A stretch of DNA of 64,000 bases from Octopus vulgaris (Eukaryota). Numbering within the stretch: position 1 is the first letter of the stretch; each line of letters opens with the position of its first letter. The stretch is taken from positions 98,642,001-98,706,000 of the forward strand of contig OX597814.1 of NCBI GenBank assembly GCA_951406725.2, in the 5' to 3' direction. A program made the position numbers and the translations under genes. Below, piece after piece: positions 49,463 through 61,678 of this stretch. The notes beneath the pieces are model-generated. The model was not told the DNA's origin and did not search any database. It was given only the letters and a program-made list of their open reading frames with translations.

Positions 49463-50955
49463 CAGGCACGTGCCGTCAGTAATTATTCAGTGTAGGCAGT
49501 TGGTGACCTTTATGTAGTAAACTATCATCAAAAGATGACTGAGAACAAGATTTAACTTATGAGCATAGCAGTGAGTAAATAAACCTGCTGATGCCTTTTT
49601 TTCACACTTTAACTTGAACACCATTTAAATTGAATGCCATCACTATGGCCCTATCGTAAGTCTGTACTACAACTTTCTCACAACAGTCGTATTTATCCAA
49701 ATTATTAAATATACGCTCTTTTACACCTTCAACAGTTCTGTCCTTAAGAATGTCAAATCCTATAAAGACTTCTTTGATATCAGAGTCCAACATGTATCTC
49801 ATACTGTAGGACACTGAGCTGTACATGAAATATCAGTCGTTTCATTCACTTCTATGGCAATGAACGAGGCTTGTGCGACTTCTTTAATATTCTTTTCTAC
49901 GATAGTGCCTACTACTTCTATCAAGCCATTTTGTATCTTATTAGAAAGGCCAGAAAAAGTGATGAATTCTGTAAATGTTGTACCAATATGTCATCAAATT
50001 TTGCAGTATAGTTCAATAACTCAACATATTTTCCGCAATTTAACGATGATTTCTCTTCCTTATATCCGCGAAAAGCAAGTTCCTGTTTAATCAAGAAACA
50101 AGTGGCACAAATCAATTTTTTAAATATATCGCTGTTCTCTTTAACCTTTTTGTTGTGATCTTCAATGCTGACAGACTTCTGTTTATCTAAGAGAAAGTTG
50201 ATTCGTGTACATTCAAATATTTTCAATGATATTTGGCTTTCATAATGCACTGCTGATCGCTCGTGTTTACTTAAAGCATTGGGCAAATTATTTAAATCAC
50301 AATATCCTCCTTTTACCTACATATTTTCACTAGATACATAAAATAGCAAATATGAGAGACAAAAGAGCCTTTCTGTTGTAGTACAGCTGCACAACCACTC
50401 TTTCTTGATGTACCAACCAGTATGAAATGTAATAATTGTTGGCCCTTTCTGTTGTTTTAGGTCCTTAAGTTCTGGTGTTGGTCTACTATTTTTTATAATT
50501 TGTCTCTTTTCTTCATAAGCTAGCTTTGAAAATGTCTTAAGATAGTCACTATCCATTGCTGGAAAGGAGGGAAAATGTAACTAGATGGAAATTAACTAAA
50601 ACTGAAAGTAAAATACACAAAACATAAGTGAACACAGGCGCGTGACTGAGCTGGAGGCAGATTTACTTCTACCTCTATAACACTTATAGAAAGCGGTGTT
50701 GTAGGAGTATACACGGTAGGTGTACTACAGTAGTACTATGCGTAGCTTAAATACTGATATTGAAAGACTGTGTTGAATTATGCCTACCTAATCAACAAAA
50801 GAAAAATTGTATTTTATTCATAGTAATCAGAGTAACTTTCATAGTTTTATTGAATTAGGTGCATCATACTTTGCCATAAAAGGAAAATGTTCCTATCGAT
50901 CTATGTTATTCTAGGTAGGCACTACCTACCTTGCCTACCGAATTGGCACGTACCT

Positions 50956-50956
<1 letters not shown>
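49463..50956 (-). mobile_element. Internally deleted hAT transposon (TTF zinc finger / DUF4371, ZMYM1-like transposase)
   Basis: TIRs CAGG(C/T)ACGTGCC. Remnants WY..KEWL..C...ERLFCL, LSKHERSAVH, KQELAFRG, DETTDIS, QTYD.A.VM, HCYAHKLNLVL. Confidence 0.85.
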
Positions 50957-50994
<38 letters not shown>

Positions 50995-51012
50995 TGTATG
51001 TATGTATGTATG

Positions 51013-51115
<103 letters not shown>

Positions 51116-51134
51116 GTGTATACATTCTTGTGGT

Positions 51135-51522
51135 ACTCCATCGTTTAATATTTTACGACAATGAGAGTTCCAGTAGATCGGATTAGCGGAACAGCCTACT
51201 TTTGAAATTAACGTGCAAGCTGCTGAGTACTCCACAGACACATGCACCCTTAACGCAGTTCTCGGGGAGATTCAGCGTGACACAGAGTGTGACAAGATTC
51301 GCACTTTGGAAGAATACAGGTAGAAAAGAAACAGGAAGAAAGAGTGAGAGAAAGTTGTGGGGAAAGAGTACAGAGGGCTCACCACCACCACCTTGCAGAG
51401 CCCCGTAGAACTTTAGATGTTTTCGCTCAATAAACACTTACAACGCCCGGACTGGGAATCGAAACCGTGATCCTATGACCGCGATTCCGCTGCCCTAACT
51501 ACTGGGCCATTGCTCCTCCACC
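51135..51522 (-). mobile_element. SINE family C
   Basis: Reverse complement of 41545-41930. Confidence 0.88.
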
Positions 51523-51892
51523 ATATATACATATATACATATATATACACATAAATCTATATATATATACATCTATACATATACATCTATATATATACAT
51601 ATATATACATACATATACACATATGTATACATACATATATACATATACATCTATACATATACATATACATCTATACATATATACATCTATACATATACAT
51701 CTATGTATATACATATACATGTATACATATACATCTATGTATATACATCTATACATATACATGTATACATATACACGTATAGATATACGTATATATATAT
51801 ATATATGTATAAGTATACATAAACATTTGCAGATATATGCACATATATACATGCATACACGCGCACACACACATATATATATATGTACGATA

Positions 51893-52289
51893 TCTTAATA
51901 TATATAAAAGTGAGGTTGTGTACTGTCTGTCTCCTACGATTTAGATTCTTAACTACTCCCACATTTTGCGGTGCAGTTTAACCAAAACCTGGTATCTTAT
52001 AGTCGTGATTCACATCGAGCCCTTCTGGGTATTAGCGCGCGTCTACGATGAGTCTACGATTTTAAAAATAATTTACCATCAATTTTTCCCATTTTTAATG
52101 CATTTTTGGCATATATAAGGGAAGTAACTCTCTAAAAATTTATTATTAAATCTCAGAACGTAAAAAGCTACAGTAACACCCCCCCTTGTGGTTAGCCATA
52201 TTGAGATGGCTATTATACTTTACATCTCTAAAAATGTTTATATAGTTATTTCCCTTACAAACCCGAGCAACGCCGGGCGATACTGCTAG
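51893..52289 (+). mobile_element. Non-autonomous Helitron (family of 25567-25864, longer form)
   Basis: a|TC start, CCCGAGCAACGCCGGG hairpin, CTAG|t end. Confidence 0.88.
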
Positions 52290-52325
<36 letters not shown>

Positions 52326-52409
52326 ATAATAGTTTCACTTTTAATAGTTTAATAGTGAAACCGTTAGAAGTGAAAAATATTTATCTCAGATTACAATAGA
52401 GATGTTATT

Positions 52410-52940
52410 GTTTCACTTTTGACACATAAGCTATTGGGAAAGACTCAAGAGATTGAGATTCTATTCCTTAGAGCGTAGGCGAGAAAGATATGCCATAATA
52501 TACATCTGGAAGATCCTAGAAGTACTTGTCCCAAACTTTGGCATCGAGTTACACAAATGCCAGAACTGGGCGCCACTGCATAGTGTCAAGGACTACAAAT
52601 TTGCCATCAAGATGTAGGACAAGATACTGTGATAGCCTGGGCTTCCGAGGCCCACAGCTCTTCAATATCCTCCCGAAGAATCTAAGAGACCTGCATGGGG
52701 TGGATGCAGATGTCTTTAAAATGAAACTGGATCTCTTCTTGTCAGGTGTTCCAGATGAACCAACTTCACGGCAGGAGGTGCAGATGAGGGCAGCTGCATC
52801 GAATTCTCTCATGCACCAGATGGCATTTGCTAAAAAGCATTCGTGAAGTAAAACCATGTAGCAACACCAAATGGCGGTGCCCCAGCATGGCCACAGCTTG
52901 TGAGCTGAAACTAAATAAAATAAATAAAAAATAAAATAAA
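52410..52940 (+). mobile_element. CR1-like LINE 3' end
   Basis: SYWERLKRLRFYSLERRRERYAIIYIWKILE; GPQLFNILPKNLR..FKMKLDLFLSGVPDEP; (TAAAA)n tail. Confidence 0.85.
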
Positions 52941-53002
52941 TAATAGCGAAACAGTGTAAGAGGGTCATGGTTTAAAAACAGTTGAAATTCCGTGTGAAAG
53001 AA

Positions 53003-53722
53003 CGGCTGGATTGTAAAAATCAATTCAAATGTCTATGTATTATGAGCGTGTGCATTAACTATTCAATCTTACATCAATTACAATTAAAAAACACTTTAAC
53101 GCACGATACTCTCAATTCTCAATTAAGTGCAATCCACACCATCGAAATTCATTTCTTTACCTCTCGAACACATAACAATTGAAACACTTTCATGTCCAAG
53201 ATAATCCCTTGTCACAATAACATACAACAATAAGATATGTGTATATATAAATGTATATAATTAATTATCTAAGTTTTGCGCTATGTATAACTGCAACAAA
53301 AATATATAAACAATTTCATCTTCAATACAACTCTATTGTTTATTTAAATTAATTAAGATAAAAAAAAATTATTGTTTAAAATCAGTTGATTTAAATAAAT
53401 AAAAGAGTTCTATTGAAGATGTAGTTGTTTGTATATTTTTTGTTGCAGTTATACACAGGGGAAGACTTAGATAATTAATTATATACATTTATATATACAC
53501 ATATCTTACTGTTGTATGTTGTGGTGACAAGGAACTATGTTAGACATGAAAGGGTTTCAATTAGTATGTGTTTGAGTGAATTTCGATTGTTTTGGATTGC
53601 ACTTACTTCATTGTATCGTCCGTTAAAGTGCTTTGTTATTTTTTAATTGTAATTGATGTATAATTGAATAGTTGACGCTCATAATACATAGATATTTAAA
53701 TTAACTTTTATAATCTGGCCTT
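53003..53722. repeat. ~720-bp imperfect palindrome (foldback/MITE-like)
   Basis: TAAGATATGTGTATATATAAATGTATATAATTAATTATCTAAG (53231) pairs with its exact reverse complement at ~53466. Arms pair outward to both ends; centre at ~53370. Confidence 0.9.
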
Positions 53723-55235
53723 TCTAATAAGATACAAAATTACTTGATAGAAGCAGTAGGCACGATCGTAGAAAAAAATATTGAAGAAGTCGCAAAGCCT
53801 CGTTCATTGCCATAGCAGAGGATGAAACGACTGATATTTCATGTACAGCTCTATGTTCTACAGTATTGAGGTACGTATTGGACTCTGATATCAAAGAAGT
53901 CTTTATAGGAATCGGCAATCTTAAGGGACAGAACTGTTGGAGGTGTAAAAGAGCGTATATTTAATAATTTAATATTTTAATTTAAGGCGGCGAGCTGGCA
54001 GAAACGTTAGCACGCCGGGCGAAATGCGTGGCCGTATTTCGTCTGCCGTTACGTTCTGAGTTCAAATGCCGCCGAGGTCGACTTTGCCTTTCATCCTTTC
54101 GGGGTCGATAAATTAAGTACCAGTTGCGCACTGGGGTCGATGTAATCGACTTAATCCCTTTGTCTGTCCTTGTTTGTCCTCTCTGTGTTTAGCCCCTTGT
54201 GGGTAGTAAAGAAATATATATTTAATAATTTGGATAAATACGACTGTTGTGAGAAACTTGTAGCACAGAATTACGATGGAGCCATAGTGATGGCATCCAT
54301 TTAAATGGTGTTCAAGTTAAAGTGTGAGAAAAGGAATCAGCAGCTTTATTTACTCACTGCTATGCTCATAAGTTAAATCTTGTTCTCAGTCAGCAGAATT
54401 CATACCTGAATGTACAAGCGTTTTCAAGACCAGTGAGGTACTTGCCTCATTTTTCCATCACTCTACAAAACGAACGCAATGTCGTGATGATTTAGTGAGA
54501 ATACGCATTCCAAAGGCAGCACCAACGAGATGGAGTTCGAATTCAAAATTAATCCAGACTATTTTATAATCCCATGGTGACCTTTGCAAACTCTTCAACA
54601 GTATGAACAATAATCCTAAGTTGTGGGATCCAGATACGTTAGTGAGAAGCAATGGGTTTTATGAGTGGCAAACAAAAGACTCAACATACTTTTTTCTGAT
54701 TGTTTATAATGAAATTTTCATTAAAACTGACTTTCTTTTTAATGTCCTACAAACCAAAATGATAGGCATTTCTTTCTGCATTAAGAGTATTAATGGAACA
54801 TTAAATTTACTTGAGAATCTACACAAAAGTTTCGAGGATTTGAATGTAAAGTTTGAAGAATGTTGCAGAGAAAATAACTTAACTCAATCAAAATCTCATA
54901 CGAAAGGTTCAGTTAAAGAAAAGTGAATGGGAACTTTTGGTGCAATTTTGGATGACATACTGAAGTATATGAAAGCAAGATTTGCCGATTCTAAAATTTA
55001 AAGTTCATTTCATAAGTTCACGAAAATAAATTTCAAGATCTTTCTTGCTATGTAGATAAGGATGCATTTGAGAGTTTAAAAAATAAGTATGGAAATTTTT
55101 TCGACATCATAAGACTGAAAGCGGATTTAGCTGGAATTTACAAAGCACAAGTGTTTCCAGATAAATCCGTTAAAACTTTGTTTGATTTTATATTCGAAAA
55201 TAAGCTGGCCCAAACTTTCTACGAAGCTGTGAATT
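53715..55235 (+). mobile_element. hAT transposase internal fragment (same family as 49463-50956, opposite strand)
   Basis: 53715-54392 is the reverse complement of 49538-49953 and continues with IPKAAPTRWSSNS. Multiple stops. Confidence 0.85.
53986..54215 (+). mobile_element. SINE family B (long-tail) inserted in the hAT fragment
   Basis: 15-bp TSD TATATTTAATAATTT (53956-53970, 54217-54231). The empty site is visible in the paralog at ~49700. Confidence 0.93.
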
Positions 55236-55428
55236 ATATATACATATATATATGTGTGTGTGTGTACATATACATATATGTATGTATATACGTATATAGA
55301 TATGTATGCAAATATGCATATATATGTATATATATGTATGTAAATATATATGAATATAATTATGTATATGCATATATATATATATATATATACGTATGTA
55401 TGTATATATATATGTATGTGTGTATGTA

Positions 55429-55510
<82 letters not shown>

Positions 55511-55539
55511 TATGTATGTATGTATGTATGTATGTATGT

Positions 55540-55649
55540 ATAGGCTCGAAACGTAAAAGACTTTCTCACTTCCCAAGAGTTAAACTAATGCACCTGTTTG
55601 TTGTTTACACACCCGTCTTCGTCTTTTGTTTTTTTTTTGTAAATTCTCA

Positions 55650-55650
<1 letters not shown>
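55540..55650 (+). mobile_element. Family H repeat fragment
   Basis: TAGGCTCGAAACGTAAAAGACTT...ACTAAT.CA..TGTTTG...CACC.G.CTTCGTC. Confidence 0.6.
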
Positions 55651-55695
<45 letters not shown>

Positions 55696-55698
55696 ATA

Positions 55699-55737
<39 letters not shown>

Positions 55738-55863
55738 ATATATATATATGCATATATGTATATATATGTACGTATTTTGTATATATGTATATATATGTAT
55801 GTATATATATACACGTATATATATATATATATATGTATATGTATATGTGTTTGTAAATTCTCA

Positions 55864-55923
<60 letters not shown>

Positions 55924-55926
55924 ATA

Positions 55927-55989
<63 letters not shown>

Positions 55990-56327
55990 ATATATATGCA
56001 TATATGTATATATTTGTATGTATTTTGTATATATGTATATATATGTATGTATATATATACACACATATATATATATGTATATGTGTATGTATATATATGT
56101 ATGTGTGTGTATGTATGTATGCATGTATGTATGTATGTATGTATGTATGTATGTATGTATGTATGTATGTATGTATGTATGTATCTTTGTATATAGTTAC
56201 ATATTTATAAATATGTGTGTTTGTGTGTGCGTGTGTGTGTGTGTGTGTGCATTTGAAAAAAAGAAACGTTAGTGAGAAGAAAAAGAATGACTTCACTGGT
56301 AGTTATGTATATATATATATATATATC

Positions 56328-56460
56328 AAGATTAATCAGCCGAAATTGCTAGGATGATCCGGTTTGACTGAAGATTGAAGGCTTCGATTGAAGGCTGTGT
56401 TTTTGTATCGACTTCTAAATGTTTTACGTTCTTGTCCCAGTTTGTATTTTTCTACATGTA
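56328..56460 (+). mobile_element. Family P 3' fragment
   Basis: Matches 22772-22880. Confidence 0.8.
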
Positions 56461-56530
<70 letters not shown>

Positions 56531-56539
56531 ATAAGTCTT

Positions 56540-57043
56540 GAAAAAAGTACAAAAATCAATTCCAAGTGAGAAAGCGATCGATAAAGCCGTGGGAACGTGC
56601 ATTTGTACGCGCAATTATCATACTCTTCCATCTAGATTTACCTCCAGCTAACCCATTTGCATGCATCGTTTTTGTCCTGCTTTTCATCCGTCAACCCGTA
56701 CCTAACTGCACCTAATATTTTTGTTGTTTTTGTACTGCTTAAAGGCACGTTTCTTTCCTGCCAAGCTTACTATTTAAACCATGTTTGTGTTCTCCCAGTC
56801 AACAGCCTTATCATTACTGGTATTTTAAACTCTTCGGTTGCATATTTGTATGAATAAAATCGTTTTTCTTTGGAATAGAAAAAGTCTATCTTTATTTCTT
56901 CTTTTGCTGGTGTCTCAAATTTAGGTTAAATGAGTGTTTCTCAAAGAGAAGGCCTATGGGACAGTCGGACAAGTTGTTTTGAGAAAATTTGGTTCAAATG
57001 TTTGACAACTCAGCACCGTACATTGAACGGGGGGCATTTTACT

Positions 57044-57045
<2 letters not shown>
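56540..57045. mobile_element. Repeat related to 17075-17525 (inverted)
   Basis: TTGAGAAAATTTGGTTCAAATGTTTGACAACTCAGCACCGT is the reverse complement of 17100-17140. Confidence 0.7.
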
Positions 57046-57081
<36 letters not shown>

Positions 57082-57083
<2 letters not shown>

Positions 57084-57108
57084 GGACCAAAGTGTACGTA
57101 CGCCGCTA

Positions 57109-57155
<47 letters not shown>

Positions 57156-57177
57156 GAGCAAAGTGTACGTACGCCGC

Positions 57178-57216
<39 letters not shown>

Positions 57217-57620
57217 CAAAATGGGACAAGAATAATAAACATGCGGATAGCTAGGTGATACAAAAAGGGACAACAAAACATCCAGATAGATGATACAAAT
57301 AAAACAAGGACAGGTCATTCGAAGCCCTCTATCCTCAGTGAAGCACCAGATTATCCTCGCAATTTCGGCTGATTATTTTTGAGATTGCTCCAGTCTGGCC
57401 GCAAGAAAAAACTAAGCTAAGAGCATTAGATTCCTTGGATGAAAGCGCCGAATGTATACAAAAACAAGGACGGAAAAAACGGACAAAGTTACACAAATAT
57501 AAATACAATAAAAATAATAACAGAACATAACAACAGGTGTCTTTCGACTAAGGACGAATTTAATTAAGCTGGCGTGTGTGGAAATGAAGCCTGACGGCAG
57601 AGATACAGTAGTTTCACAAA
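57082..57620 (-). mobile_element. Family P copy (permuted)
   Basis: Reverse complement of 23310-23645, followed by (TA)n and two copies of the unit start TAGCGGCGTACGTACACTTTG. Confidence 0.75.
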
Positions 57621-57658
57621 CACAGGTATGTATGTATGTATGTATGTATGTATGTATG

Positions 57659-57689
<31 letters not shown>

Positions 57690-57890
57690 CAGGAAGCTTT
57701 ATGAAAATAAACAAAAGACGAAGGCAGGTGGAATACAAACAAACAATTGTATTAGTATGGCGCTCAGGAATATAAATAAAACAAGACTTTGACGTTTCGA
57801 GCCTACGCTCTTTAACAGAAAGATACACAGAAAAGATACACGGAGAGAAACAAGGAGAGAAAAAAAATGCGTGCAGAAGCTAGCGAATCA
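57690..57890 (-). mobile_element. Family H repeat
   Basis: Colinear with 40052-40245. Confidence 0.75.
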
Positions 57891-57923
57891 ACTGTATCTA
57901 TGTATGTATGTATGTGAGTGTGC

Positions 57924-57990
<67 letters not shown>

Positions 57991-58199
57991 GACACATTCA
58001 TACATATGTACACACATCCCTCACTGTCACCATCAATACCACGCCACATTTATAGATATGACATTTCCCATAAGCATATTTACGAGTGTTGCCTTTGCTA
58101 TGGGACGCTTTGTAACATTTTCTGCTTCAGTAAACATGAAGATATTATCTTGTGAACTATTTACTCTGCTCATCACAATGTGTGACTTGTTACAAATGA

Positions 58200-60340
58200 C
58201 ACTGGTATACAAAATTTTGCTTTTAGTCTGAAGCAAGGGCGAAGAATAGGTGTTTTTTTTTGTTTTTTTTTAGTAATTGTGATGTGGTGAATTCAATCTT
58301 CTGAACAGTTTTGTTCTATTACCACTAGTTTTTTTGCTTTTATGTCTCCCATTTCAATTATACTGCATATAAAATATAAGGTGATTTTACTTTATCTGTT
58401 ACAAAGGCATATTACATGAGGAGAAAAAAAAACAGCTTAGATACAAAACATTGATAAAACGAAATTACTTGGATAATACAATACACACAATTCATAGTAC
58501 AGCAGACAGTTAGAAGTTATTTTTTTTAGACGATCATGTGTACTTTGCTTCCAGGATGTCACACAAGAGCATCCAGTAGGGTATCCCATCATGCTAGGGT
58601 TCCACTTGCCTTAGTAGTTGCTCTCTATCTTAGTAATATCTCGGTGGAACCTTTCTCCGTGATCATCACTCTCTGCTCAAAGCTTCGGAGGGAAGAAGCT
58701 GAGGTGGGAGTGGAGAAGGTTAAATTTGAGTACTAACAACTTCTCAATACACTCTTAGTAATCTAGTACCCGTGTGTTACCAAGGAAGCCATGACAGACT
58801 GACTTAAATGCTTCTCATGCTCTCTGTTCCTTTAAGGTAAGACGCTCCTTCGGCACCTTTTGGATCTGAGGTCCGACGAAGATGCCCTCCTTAAGCTTAT
58901 CAGAATTCAGAGCTGGGAGCAGAGTGTGCAAATGTTAGAAGGCAGCGCCATTTTTGCCCATGGCCTTCACAAAATTCTTCATTAAACGAAGCTTAATATG
59001 AAGAGGAGGAAGAATCACCTTGTTCATATCCACCAGAGGATTTTCTTGGACACCGTATTCCCCAGGCGCGAAAGGGCTCCTAGATCCCCAGTTCTGCTTG
59101 TAGTGCTTGGACACAGCCCACCTGTCCCAGAGACAGAGAAAGCAACAGTACTTTGTGAAACCCACTTGTATACCTATAAAGAGCCCAATGACTTTGAGGT
59201 CTCTGCAGAGACTCCACTGTTACTGGTTGTACTTGACAGCTTCCAAAAGGAGCTCGATATTATCATATGACTCCTTCAGATGGACTGAGTAAGCAATGGG
59301 AATACTGAGATATTTATTCCCATTGTTCTGGAGCACAGCCTTCAGATTTCGCTTGGAAAGGTCTATGAAAAAAACGCCAGTCTGAGGGATTGCATGGGAA
59401 ACCAAGGAAGATGAACAAGCCAGAGACATTCGTACAGTAGCACAACCTGTTTTCCATGTCGAAGAATGAAGCAAAGTCCTGGTTCCGTGTCCTGAAACTG
59501 GTGATCCTTACATCTGCCTTGACCAGGTTCCACTGCTTAAACCGGGATGCCGGGAGCTCTAACTGCTGATAGATTCAAATCACGGACAAGGTCATTCAGG
59601 TCTTCTTGCGTGACCCAGGTCTTCTTCTTCATTTCCACTTGCTCCTGAATAAACAGAGACGTTGTCTTCAGAAGAGATCGACTTGGCAGAATCTTACCCT
59701 GAAGGCATTTCTTTTCCTGATGAAGGAACAAGATCTTTATTTGCTGGGTGTGTAGGGACTGGGAAATCATCTGAGTGGGGAACATGTCTCATAACAGGGA
59801 AGGTTGGGGTATTTGATCTTTTTTCAAGAAAAAGTATGAACCCTGTTATACTTGTTAGATAACAATAGCAAGCATCTGCAATTCGTGACTTTCTCCAGAC
59901 CATCGGGACAGCAAAGTTGAAGGCTGCATTCTTGCCGTTAAAAAATGCAGTGAGTCCATTGTAGCAAGGTTTACAACAGATGTGTGAAGCCCAGGATTTG
60001 TCCTGATCTCCACTTTTACAGTCAAAATAATGTAAGTAAGCAGTTCTCAGGAGGGAAGTAATTGTTCGGCTCTGTGCAACTGTCGTGAAATCGCTACACA
60101 CGTAGCAGAATGAATTTGCCTTGTTGATTCATCCTCGATGCTTTGAAGTAACTGAAGCCATTGTAGAGATATATATCACTAAAATCTGGAAAAGAAAAGA
60201 AAAATTGATCATATATATATATGGTTACATGAATTGTCACAAAATTGTAATAATGTGTATCTCAAAAACTAGAGGTGATGAGTGAAAACTGGTTTTGTAT
60301 TTGAAATCAGCACTCCAAATTAGCTTAGAGCAACTATTTT
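58200..60340 (-). mobile_element. Decayed Chapaev3-like (CMC) DNA transposon
   Basis: FCYVCSDF..YFDCKSGDQDKSWASHICCKPC, QEDLNDLVRDLNLS, FIDLSKRNLKAVL.NNGNKY, GFTKYCCFLCLWD, LPPLHIKL.LMKNFVKA, DDHGERFH.DI. CACTG terminus at 58200; inverted subterminal repeats at 58280-58335 and 60265-60320. Confidence 0.8.
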
Positions 60341-60348
60341 TATTCCGT

Positions 60349-60592
60349 TGTGTTTGGGGAGAGTCATTTTCTTTTTGTGCCTTATAATATAACACACTCA
60401 CCGGTAAAATTTCCACTTTTTTCTTATTTTTATTTTCCTAAAATTTTCGTTGCATCTTGCAACCTTTTCAATAGTTTTGAAAATAAAAATAAGAAAAAAT
60501 TAAAATAAGAAAAAATAAGAAAAAAGTGGAAATTTTACCGATGGGTCTGTTATATTATAAGGCACAAAAAGAAAATGACTCTCCCAAGACAC
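60349..60592. mobile_element. Palindromic MITE-like element
   Basis: GGGAGAGTCATTTTCTTTTTGTGCCTTATAATATAACA...GGTAAAATTTCCACTTTTTTCTTATTTT and its reverse complement; arms ~90 bp. Confidence 0.85.
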
Positions 60593-60699
60593 GACAAAAT
60601 ATGCTTCAAGACACGAACTCATATAAAGAATCTTGCAAACCAAATCCAAAAACGAAACTATTTTTATGTTTATCTCAATTTCTCTTAAACATATGCATT

Positions 60700-61460
60700 T
60701 TGGGAGGAGAAACCCAGCGTCCACTTACTCCCTCCACAACACTAATCTCAAAAAGTCTTCGTGTGAACGTGACCTTGGTGTTATTGTCGACGGCAATTTG
60801 TGTTGGACAAAGCATATCGCTAAAATTGCCAAGAAGGCTGAGGGTGTCTTGGCATCACTCACCAAGTCCTTTGTGAGCCGCTCTCCAGGTATCTATCTGC
60901 GGCTTTATATAGCTATAGTAAGACCTCACCTGGAATTTGCATCACCGGTCTGGAACCCCTATCTTGCTTAGGATATTAATCGTCTGGAAGCCGTTCAGCG
61001 ACGTGCAACTAAAAGAATACTCTCCATCAGGCATTTGCCATATTCTGAATGCCTTACTTCCGTGGGCATGGATACATTGAAACTCCGACGTCTGGCAGCT
61101 GACTTGGCAGACACCCATAAAATTGAGCACCTTTTCAAACTCCACCCGTCTAACACCCGTGGACATATTTACAAAGTCAGAAAACAGCACAGCTCCCATG
61201 AGTTTAGGAAACATTTTTTCACGCTGAGAGTTGCTGAAGCATGGAACAAACTGCCGGCATCAGTTGTTAGTTGTCGGAGCACTGCATCCTTCAAAACTTC
61301 CATGCTTTCTGAGATTCACCAACACTACACCTGATTTTCTCCCCTCCATACACACACAAGCATGTATCTGACTCATACATTGTTCGCTTTCCAGACTTTG
61401 TACGCACTTTCTGACAAGTTGTGGTGCACCTGAGCACTGTATACAATAATTTCATTATTA
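60700..61460 (+). mobile_element. 5'-truncated CR1-clade LINE
   Basis: ERDLGVIVD..L.W.KHI, LYIAIVRPHLEFASPVWNPY, LEAVQRRATK, TRGH.YK, RKHFFTLRVAEAWNKLP; (ATT)n tail. Confidence 0.9.
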
Positions 61461-61678
61461 TTATTTTATATCCTACTTAACTCGATGTAGGGGAAGCAAG
61501 CTATTTATTACTGTATCAAGTAAGGGAGCTAATTCGGTTTTATAAATAGATTGGGATTAAGCGCAAGAATCGCAACTCTTCCATATTCCTCATCGTATCT
61601 AAAACATGCTGAAAAATCCCGAAATTATGTTTAAGACCGTCTCAGATTACTTGTGCGCCGACAAGCAAGCATCTACAG

